From NCBI GenBank assembly GCA_046330415.1, contig JAXLSW010000009.1, forward strand, positions 3,162-67,161: a DNA stretch of 64,000 nt. The letters run 5' to 3'. How positions within the stretch are numbered: the stretch's first letter is position 1; each line of letters opens with the position of its first letter. Under the pieces are notes generated by a model, which was not told the origin of the DNA, did not search any database, and saw nothing but the letters and a program-made list of their open reading frames with translations. Positions 38,140 through 45,250 of the stretch are shown one piece after another. The DNA comes from Solirubrobacterales bacterium. Its GTDB lineage: Bacteria > Actinomycetota > Thermoleophilia > Solirubrobacterales > 70-9. The translations under genes were made by a program, and so were the position numbers.

Positions 38140-38526
38140 GTGGACGCCAGCAACCTGAAGCGATTCGCCCTGTTCAAGGACGTAGAAGAGAGCGCCTTGG
38201 GCAAGATCGCGCCCTACACGATGCTGGTCGAGTTCGCCGAGGGCAAGACGATCATCCAGGAGGGCGGCTTCTCCAACGACTTCTACGCGATCGACGAGGG
38301 AACGGCCAGGGTGGAGCGCTCCGGTGAGGAGATCGCGACGCTCGGTCCCGGCGACGTCTTCGGCGAGCAGGGTCTGCTCGAGAAGCAGGAGCGCTCAGCC
38401 TCGGTGATCGCGACCTCGCCGCTGCGCGCGCTGAAGATCGAGCACTGGGAGATCCCGCGCATGCGCCGCGCGATGCCCGAGGTGCTGGAGCAGCTCCAGC
38501 GCACGGTCGAGGAGCGAAGCTCCTAG
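38140..38526 (+). CDS. Stand-alone cyclic-nucleotide-binding domain protein
   Basis: LFKDVEESALGKIAP...FAEGKTIIQEGG...FYAIDEGTARV...LGPGDVFGEQGLL...RSASVIA is the cNMP-binding fold signature. Confidence 0.8.
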   Translation: MDASNLKRFALFKDVEESALGKIAPYTMLVEFAEGKTIIQEGGFSNDFYAIDEGTARVERSGEEIATLGPGDVFGEQGLLEKQERSASVIATSPLRALKIEHWEIPRMRRAMPEVLEQLQRTVEERSS

Positions 38527-38576
38527 CGCGAGCTCCCGTCGCGGGCGGTACGCTGCCGCACCAGTACAAGTACATA

Positions 38577-38735
38577 CGGCCGGTGGGCCAGGGAAGTCCG
38601 GTGAGAAACCGGCGCGGTCCCGCCACTGTGACCGGGTGAGGACGTCGCACGACGCGAGTCAGCCACTGGGAGCCGACGAGGCCCCGGGAAGGCGCGGCAT
38701 CAGGACCCGGAAGCCAGGAGACCTACCTCCGGCCG
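38577..38735 (+). ncRNA. Cobalamin (AdoCbl-type) riboswitch
   Basis: P1 CGGCCGG (38577-83) pairs with CCGGCCG (38729-35). Core GGGAAGTCCGGTGAGAAACCGGCGCGGTCCCGCCACTGTGA, a second GCCACTGGGA...GGGAAGGCG, and the B12 box GAAGCCAGGAGACC (38711-23). Confidence 0.85.
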
Positions 38736-38770
38736 CAGCCATGTAAACCCTCGAGGAAAGGGTGGCATCG

Positions 38771-39704
38771 ATGCCTCTCAATCACTCACGTTCCCGCGCG
38801 ATCGCCGCAGCCCTGATGGGCTCGCTGCTCGTCGCGCTCTCGTTCGCTTCGATCGCCGCGGCGGCGAAGACCAAGGCGGTTCCGGCCGAGCTCCGGGTCG
38901 TCGACGGCAAGGGCCGCGTGCTCGCCGAGCAGACCCAGTACACGGGCAACCCGTCGACCATCAAGACCGACCCGAAGGCGACCTGCTTCGGCCCCGATGA
39001 CGGCGGCTCAGGCGACAAGGTCGAGATCCCGGCGCCGACCGCGATGAGCCTGCTGGCCGACGGTGGCGCAACCGACAGCGCCATCAAGCCCCTGTCGATC
39101 ACCGACGCGTTCAGCTTCGGTCTCGGCCTCTGCGGGATCGGCAAGACCGTCGCGCCGTCCACGGGCGCTGGGCACTGAACGTCAACCACGCTCAGGCGGA
39201 GTCCGGCGGTGACTCGACGACGGTCAGCTCCGGCGACGACTCCGCACGGTCCTCTGGTACCTCGTCAAGGACTTCAACGACCCGTCTCCGGCGGAGCTGG
39301 TCCTGAAGGCGAAGCCGGCCAAGAACGGTGAGATCCCGGTTCAGGTCTTCGCCTACGGCGCCGACGGCAAGAAGACTCCCGCGGTCGGAGCGGGCGTCAC
39401 CGGCGCCGACGACGTCACCGACAAGAAGGGCAAGACGGTCGTCGCCGCCGACGGCAAGGTCGTCGACATCGTCGCGACTCTCGACGGCGCGCTTCCGTCC
39501 AACGAGGCGTCCGTCTGCACGGTCAAGGCCAAGCAGTGCCCGTCGGGCTACGCGGGGATCGTCGCCGGGACCAAGGGCGACGACAAGATCACGATCGACA
39601 CCCCGGTCACGGTCCTGTGCGCCGGCGGCAAGGACGTCGTCAAGGTCAAGGGCGGCGTCCGGTTCAAGGCCAAGGGCTGCGAGCAGGTCCAAGAGTCGAA
39701 GTAG
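38771..39704 (+). pseudogene. Secreted DUF4430 (transcobalamin beta-domain-like) protein. As assembled it needs two -1 frame corrections.
   Basis: Signal peptide MPLNHSRSRAIAAALMGSLLVALSFASIAAAA. Frame 2 stops at 39178. The text continues as (W)ALNVNHAQAESGGDSTTVSSGDD in frame 1, then VLWYLVKDFNDPSPAEL...GTKGDDKITID...ESK* in frame 3. Frame 3 is a 450-nt coding-looking stretch with no start codon. Confidence 0.65.
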
Positions 39705-39746
39705 GGGGCTCCCGTCCGCCCGCCCGCAGTCGCCCTCGCCGCGACG

Positions 39747-40727
39747 ATGCTGATCGGCATCGTCGCGGCGGGCGGCTGCGGGTTCGGGCCGGGCGAGTCG
39801 GAGCCGGGGGAGGCGAATCTGCGGGTCACGCGAGACTTCGGCTCCGAGCTGATGGTCGACGCCACGCTCACCGATCCAACCGAGTCCGACTCGGTCGTCC
39901 GCTTTCTCGACGACAACGCCGAGGTCGAGACCTCCTACGGCGGCAACTTCGTCGACGCGATCAACGGCGTCGCCGGGAGCACCGTTCAGGGTGGTGACGA
40001 CGACTGGTTCTTCTTCGTCAACGGCTACTACTCCGAGATCGGCGCCGGCGAGGCCCGGGTCCACGCGGGCGACCGGATCTGGTGGGACTACCGCGACTGG
40101 CAGCAGGCCTACCGCGTTCCGGCCGTGGTCGGTTCCTTCCCGGAGCCGTTCCTGCACGGTGAGAGCGGCGGGGAGGCGCCGGAGGTGACCCTCGAGTGCG
40201 TCGGCGGGGCCGGGCAGGGCGATGCTTGCGCCACGGTCGCCGACGCTCTCGACCATGCCGGGATCGATGCGGAGGAACGCGACCTCGATCGGCCTGAGGC
40301 GAGCGGCGACGCGTTGCGGATCCTGGTCGGCGAGTGGTCCGACCTCAGCGACGATCCCGCCGCCGCCCAGCTCGAGGACGGGCCCTCCGCCAGCGGCGTC
40401 TACGCGACGGTCGCATCCTGCGGTGATCAGGGTGGCGATGGCGGCGATGGCGGCTACCGGCTCGAGGTGCTCGGCTCCGACGCGAAGCCGCGGCTGCAGC
40501 TCGCCGACGCGGGGTTCGTGGCGGCGGTTCGCCATCGCGAGGATCCGCCCACCTGGGTCGTCGCCGGCACCGGTCCCGACTCCGTGCAGAGGGCCGCGGC
40601 GCTGCTCGGCGAGGACACGCTTCAGGACCGCTATGCCGTCGCGGCCGGGCCCTCGGGAGAGCCGGTCCCGATGCCGGCTCCCGACGAGCTCGACATCCCG
40701 GAGAAGGAGTCGGCCCCATGCGGCTGA
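39747..40727 (+). CDS. DUF4430-domain lipoprotein
   Basis: Lipobox-like IVAAGGC. SVVRFLDDNAEVETSYGGNFVDAINGVAG...DWFFFVNGYYSEIGAGEARVHAGDRIWWDY is the DUF4430 signature. Confidence 0.75.
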   Translation: MLIGIVAAGGCGFGPGESEPGEANLRVTRDFGSELMVDATLTDPTESDSVVRFLDDNAEVETSYGGNFVDAINGVAGSTVQGGDDDWFFFVNGYYSEIGAGEARVHAGDRIWWDYRDWQQAYRVPAVVGSFPEPFLHGESGGEAPEVTLECVGGAGQGDACATVADALDHAGIDAEERDLDRPEASGDALRILVGEWSDLSDDPAAAQLEDGPSASGVYATVASCGDQGGDGGDGGYRLEVLGSDAKPRLQLADAGFVAAVRHREDPPTWVVAGTGPDSVQRAAALLGEDTLQDRYAVAAGPSGEPVPMPAPDELDIPEKESAPCG

Positions 40728-41647
40728 CGAGCCCGCTGGCCTACGCGCCCCGCCGGGGCCCGCTCGGCACCGCGCGCCCATGGATCGCCGCGGTCTTCCT
40801 ACTGCCCCTCGCGGTTGCCGCTTTCACATTCGCCAACCCGATCGTGCTGCTGGCTGCGGGCGCCGCCGCCCTTCTCGCCGGGGTCCTCTCCGGGGCCGGT
40901 GCCAGCGTGCGGGCGCCGCTGCGCTGGACGATCGGCCTCGGGGTGATGGTCATCGCCGTCAACGCGATCGCTTCCCAGCGCGGCGCGACGATCCTGCTTC
41001 GCGGCTGGGAGATGCCGGTCCTCGGCCAGATCGATGTCAGCCTCGAGGCGCTCGTCGAGGGTGCGGTGCTGGCGCTGCGGATCATCGTCGCGCTGCTCGT
41101 CTTCTCGGTCTGGTCGGCGTGCGTGGACCCCGACCGGATCCTGCGTGCGATCCGCCCGATCGCCGCCCGCTCGGCGCTCACCGCGACCCTGATCGCGCGG
41201 CTCGTCCCCCTCGCGGCCGCCGACGCCGCGCGGCTCGGCGAGGCGAGCGCGCTGCGCGGTCCCGCGGCGACTCCGGTCGGCAAAGCCGCGATCGCGCGCC
41301 GGCTCGTCGCCGGGGCCCTCGATCGCTCCGTCGACGTCGCCGCCACGCTCGAGCTCCGCGGCTACGGCCTCGGCACGCGGTCGCGGATGCCGAGACACCG
41401 GCGCGTCGCCGGCGAGATCCCGTTGCTCGTCTGCGGCTTGCTCTCGCTGGGGATCCTGATCGCCGCCGGGCTCAGCGGCGCGGCGGCCTTCGACGCCTAT
41501 CCGCGAATCGATATCGACACCGACCTCGCCACGTTCGCACTGGCCGGAGCGATCGTCGCGCTCGCCTGGCTGCCCTTCGCGCTCGAGACCCTGCGCCTGC
41601 GCAGGCGCCCGCGGGTGAGCGTTGGGGAGGTGGTCCGCGTTGGCTGA
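40718..41647 (+). CDS. ECF transporter transmembrane (T) component, CbiQ/EcfT family
   Basis: Polytopic membrane protein. ...RSALTATLIARLVPLAAADAARLGEASALRG...LDRSVDVAATLELRGYG carries the Ala-Arg-Gly coupling-helix-type motifs. Overlaps both neighbours. Confidence 0.8.
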   Translation: MRLTSPLAYAPRRGPLGTARPWIAAVFLLPLAVAAFTFANPIVLLAAGAAALLAGVLSGAGASVRAPLRWTIGLGVMVIAVNAIASQRGATILLRGWEMPVLGQIDVSLEALVEGAVLALRIIVALLVFSVWSACVDPDRILRAIRPIAARSALTATLIARLVPLAAADAARLGEASALRGPAATPVGKAAIARRLVAGALDRSVDVAATLELRGYGLGTRSRMPRHRRVAGEIPLLVCGLLSLGILIAAGLSGAAAFDAYPRIDIDTDLATFALAGAIVALAWLPFALETLRLRRRPRVSVGEVVRVG

Positions 41648-43268
41648 TGTCGCGCTCAGCTGCAGCGGCCTCGACTACCGCTATCCGGGTTCGCCGAGCC
41701 TCGCCCTTCGCGGGATCGACCTCGAGATCACCCGCGGTGAGTTCGTCGTCTTGGCGGGCTCGTCGGGCTCGGGCAAGAGCACGCTCCTTCGCGCCGCCTG
41801 CGGGCTGGTCCCTCACTTCCACGGCGGCGAGATCGCCGGAGACGTCAGGGTCGGCGGCCGCACGACGCGCGAGATCGGGCCGGCCGAGCTCGCGAGCGCC
41901 GTCGGTTTCGTCGCCCAGGAGCCCGAGACGCAGGTTGTCTCGACCACCGTCGGCGCCGAGCTCGAGCTGCCGATGGAGCTGCGCGGGGCGGGTGCCGTCG
42001 AGACCGCAAGGGCGGTCGAGGAGGCTGCGCTGGCCCTCGGTATCGAGGGGCTGCTCGAACGCACCACGGACACCCTCTCCGGCGGCGAGCTGCAGCGTGT
42101 CGCGCTCGGCGCGGCGCTGGTCACCGGTCCCTCGCTCCTGCTGCTCGACGAGCCCACATCGCAGCTCGACCCCGTCGCCGGTGACGAGCTGATCGCGCTC
42201 CTGCGGCGGCTCAACGAGGAGTGGGGGGTGGCCGTGCTGCTTGGTGAGCACCGGCTCGAACGCTGCCTCGCCGCCGCCGACCGGGTTGTGGCGCTCGACG
42301 CCGGGGAGAAGGTCTTCGACGGGCCGACGGATGAGTTCGGCGGCTACGCGCGTCGCGCGGCGCCCGCTCTCGCGACGCCGGTCATGCGGCTCTTCGAGCT
42401 CGCGGGGATCGATTCCAGCCCGGCGACGGTCAAGGGCGCGCGCGAGAAGCTAGTGGCTCTGGGTCGGCTGGACGAAGCGGCGGCGGGAACCCACACCGCG
42501 CCCGGGCTTCCACCGCAGCGCCGCGACGGCACAGCGGCGCTGCGCGCTCGCAACCTGCAGGTCGAGCTCGAGGCGGCCGAGATGGTGAGGCCGGTGCTGC
42601 GGGGCGTCGACGTCGAGGTCAGCGCCGGGGAGCGGGTTGCGCTGATGGGTCCCAACGGGGCCGGCAAGAGCACGCTGCTTCGCACCGCCGCCGGTCTGCT
42701 CCCGGCGAGCTTCGGCTCGATCGAGGTCCCGAGCGGTTGCGCGCTTCTCTCACAGCGTCCCGACGACTACCTCGTCCGCGAGCGCGTCGGCGACGAGCTG
42801 CCGGGCGAGGCGGGCCGCGCGGCGCTCGCCGCGGTCGGGCTCGACGTCTCCGCCGACGCCGACCCGCGCGATCTCTCCGGCGGTGAGCGTCAGCGACGCG
42901 CGCTCGCCATCGCGATGGCGGGCCGTGGGGCCGGTGGCTCGGCGCCCGGGCTCGTCTGCCTGGACGAGCCGACGCGCGGGCTTGACCGCGCCCGCAAGGA
43001 CGCGCTCGCGGCCTGGATCGAGGAGCTCGCAGCGGCGGGCTCGGCGGTCGTCGTCGCCACCCACGACGTCGAGTTCGCCGCCCGGTTCGCGACCCGCGTC
43101 GTCCTCCTCGCCCGCGGCCGCGTGATCGCGGACGCCGATCCCCGCGAGGCCCTGGGGGGCGGCTGGTACTTCGCGACGGAGACGGCGCGGATCACCGGTG
43201 GCCGAGCGGTCACGCCGGAGCAGGGGGCGGCCCTGCTGCTCCCCGCCCGCGAGGGGGCGGAGCTGTGA
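41622..43268 (+). CDS. Fused tandem ECF/ABC ATPase (EcfA1-EcfA2-like, CbiO family)
   Basis: Two complete cassettes: GSSGSGKST/LSGGELQR/LLLDEP and GPNGAGKST/LSGGERQR/VCLDEP. The start may be GTG 41622 or TTG 41640. Confidence 0.85.
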   Translation: MGRWSALADVALSCSGLDYRYPGSPSLALRGIDLEITRGEFVVLAGSSGSGKSTLLRAACGLVPHFHGGEIAGDVRVGGRTTREIGPAELASAVGFVAQEPETQVVSTTVGAELELPMELRGAGAVETARAVEEAALALGIEGLLERTTDTLSGGELQRVALGAALVTGPSLLLLDEPTSQLDPVAGDELIALLRRLNEEWGVAVLLGEHRLERCLAAADRVVALDAGEKVFDGPTDEFGGYARRAAPALATPVMRLFELAGIDSSPATVKGAREKLVALGRLDEAAAGTHTAPGLPPQRRDGTAALRARNLQVELEAAEMVRPVLRGVDVEVSAGERVALMGPNGAGKSTLLRTAAGLLPASFGSIEVPSGCALLSQRPDDYLVRERVGDELPGEAGRAALAAVGLDVSADADPRDLSGGERQRRALAIAMAGRGAGGSAPGLVCLDEPTRGLDRARKDALAAWIEELAAAGSAVVVATHDVEFAARFATRVVLLARGRVIADADPREALGGGWYFATETARITGGRAVTPEQGAALLLPAREGAEL

Positions 43269-45232
43269 GCTGGCAGGCTGCGTCCTTCACGATCCTCGGG
43301 CTTGCCCTGCTGGGCGGCTTCGTCTGGTTCGAGCGCTCGCGACCCCCCGCTCGCCTGGTCGCCGCGGTGGCGGCGATGGCGGCGCTCGGGGTCGCCGGGC
43401 GGCTCGCGCTCGCGCCGATCCCCAACGTCGTCGCCACCACCGACGTGGCGCTCCTGGCCGGCTACGCGCTTGGCGGAGCCCCCGGCGTCGCGGTCGGGGC
43501 GCTGTCGGGGCTCGTCTCCAACTTCTGGCTCGGGCAGGGGCCCTGGACCCCGTGGCAGATGGCGGGGTGGGGGATGGTCGGGATCGCCGGCGCGGTGCTC
43601 GCGCGGGCCAGCGGGAGGCGGATGAGCAGGCTCGGGCTGGCCTGCGTCGGCGCGCTCGCGGGTTTCGCGTACGGAGCGCTCCTCGATCTCTCGGTGATGA
43701 TCGAGTTCGGCGGGGAGCAGTCGCTGGACCGGTATCTGGCGCTCAGCGCACGCGGTCTCCCCTTCAACATCGCGCACGCGGCCGGTAACTTCGTTCTCAT
43801 GCTCGCCGCGGGACCCGCCCTCGTCCGCATGCTCGATCGCTATCGCGATCGGTTCGCGTACCGCTGGAGCGATTCTCCGCTCGGCCGTTCTGTCGCCTCC
43901 CTCGCGCTCGTCGCCTGCCTGCTGACCCCGCTGCTCTCCCCTGACCGCGGCGCCGCGGCCCAGGGTCGCGACGGCGCCCGAAGCTGGCTGATCTCCGCCC
44001 AGAACGACGACGGCGGCTACGGCACCGGCCCCGACGTCGACTCCGCCACCGACATGACCGGGTGGGCGATGGTCGGCCTCGCCGCCGCCGGCGTCAACCC
44101 GCGCGACGTTGCGACCGGCGGCAACACCCCAGTCGAGTACCTGCGCAAGAGCATCGACGACATCTCCTCCATCGGCGACCTCGAGCTTACGATCCTCGGG
44201 CTCGAGGCCTCGGGGCTCGATTCGCGCGCCTTCCAGGGGCGCGACCTCGTCGCCGAGCTGCGCAGCAAGGAGCGCGACGACGGCTCCTACCAGGGTCAGG
44301 TGAACCTGACCGCCTTCGCGATCCTCGCCCAGCGCTCCGCCGGGGTGGAGGGAGCCAACGTCGGCAAGCCCGCCAGCTGGCTGCGCTCCGTCCAGATCCG
44401 CAACGGCGGCTGGGCGTCGGTGCCGAAGGGGGAGAGCGAGCCTGATTCCACCGGTTCCGTGATGCAGGCGCTGAAGGTCGCGCCGGGCGCGCACGGCCCG
44501 ATCCAGGACGGGGCGAAGTGGCTGGAGCGCAACCAGCACAAGGACGGTGGCTGGTCGCTGACGGAGGGTGGGACCTCCAACTCGCAATCCACCGCGTGGG
44601 CGATCCAGGGGCTCACCGCGGCCGGGATCAGCGCCGGGACGATCCGCAACGACGGCAACAGCGGCATCGACTTCCTCTACTCGCGTCAGTCGTCGAGCGG
44701 CTACTTCGCCTACTCCGGCTCGAGCGACCAGACGCCCGTGTGGGTGACCTCCCAGGCACTGATGGGCGTCATGAAGGTGCCCTTCCCGATCGCCGCCGTG
44801 CCTCGTGAGAAGCCCGACGACAACGGCGCCGACAACGACTCCACCGGCGGGACGTCAACGCCCCCGAGCAGCTCGCCGCCCACCTATCCGACCTCGCCGA
44901 GCCCGAGCCTGCCCGGCGGCGGACTCGACCTCGGTGGCCTCGGCGGCGCCGACTCCGGTGGCTCCAACGGCGGCGGCAACCCGGGTCCCGGCGGCTCCAG
45001 CCCCGGATCTGGGCTGCCCGACGGCCTGCCGGAGGGCGAACTTCCGACCGGTCCCGACGACGGCGAAGACGCCCCGCTGGACACCTTCGCGCAGAGCGCC
45101 GCGACGCCGCTGCCGGAGCTCCCCTCGCAGGACTCCCCGCTGCCGGGGACGATGGTCTTCCTGGCCGGTATCGGGCTGCTGGCGGCCGGTCTCGGTGCGG
45201 GGTTCCTCCACTACCGCCGCCGCCAGCTCTAG
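43265..45232 (+). CDS. Fusion protein: ECF S-component-like membrane domain, prenyltransferase/squalene-oxidase-repeat (alpha-alpha toroid) domain, P/S/G-rich stalk, and a sorting-signal-like C-terminus
   Basis: N-terminal 5-6 TM helices (IPNVVATTDVALLAGYALG..., GPWTPWQMAGWGMVGIAG...). Five repeats: NDDGGYG, RDDGSYQ, RNGGWAS, KDGGWSL, SSGYFAY. Tail LPGTMVFLAGIGLLAAGLGAGFLHYRRRQL. GTGA overlap with the ATPase gene. Confidence 0.7.
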   Translation: MSWQAASFTILGLALLGGFVWFERSRPPARLVAAVAAMAALGVAGRLALAPIPNVVATTDVALLAGYALGGAPGVAVGALSGLVSNFWLGQGPWTPWQMAGWGMVGIAGAVLARASGRRMSRLGLACVGALAGFAYGALLDLSVMIEFGGEQSLDRYLALSARGLPFNIAHAAGNFVLMLAAGPALVRMLDRYRDRFAYRWSDSPLGRSVASLALVACLLTPLLSPDRGAAAQGRDGARSWLISAQNDDGGYGTGPDVDSATDMTGWAMVGLAAAGVNPRDVATGGNTPVEYLRKSIDDISSIGDLELTILGLEASGLDSRAFQGRDLVAELRSKERDDGSYQGQVNLTAFAILAQRSAGVEGANVGKPASWLRSVQIRNGGWASVPKGESEPDSTGSVMQALKVAPGAHGPIQDGAKWLERNQHKDGGWSLTEGGTSNSQSTAWAIQGLTAAGISAGTIRNDGNSGIDFLYSRQSSSGYFAYSGSSDQTPVWVTSQALMGVMKVPFPIAAVPREKPDDNGADNDSTGGTSTPPSSSPPTYPTSPSPSLPGGGLDLGGLGGADSGGSNGGGNPGPGGSSPGSGLPDGLPEGELPTGPDDGEDAPLDTFAQSAATPLPELPSQDSPLPGTMVFLAGIGLLAAGLGAGFLHYRRRQL

Positions 45233-45250
45233 GGCTCGGGGCACGAGGCG

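Noticed and set aside
45133-45232. Calling the C-terminus of the S-component fusion a bona fide LPXTG sortase substrate
   Set aside because: The motif is LPGTM, lacking the terminal Gly. The layout is suggestive, but I cannot tell cleavage from a simple TM anchor. I therefore describe it only as sorting-signal-like.
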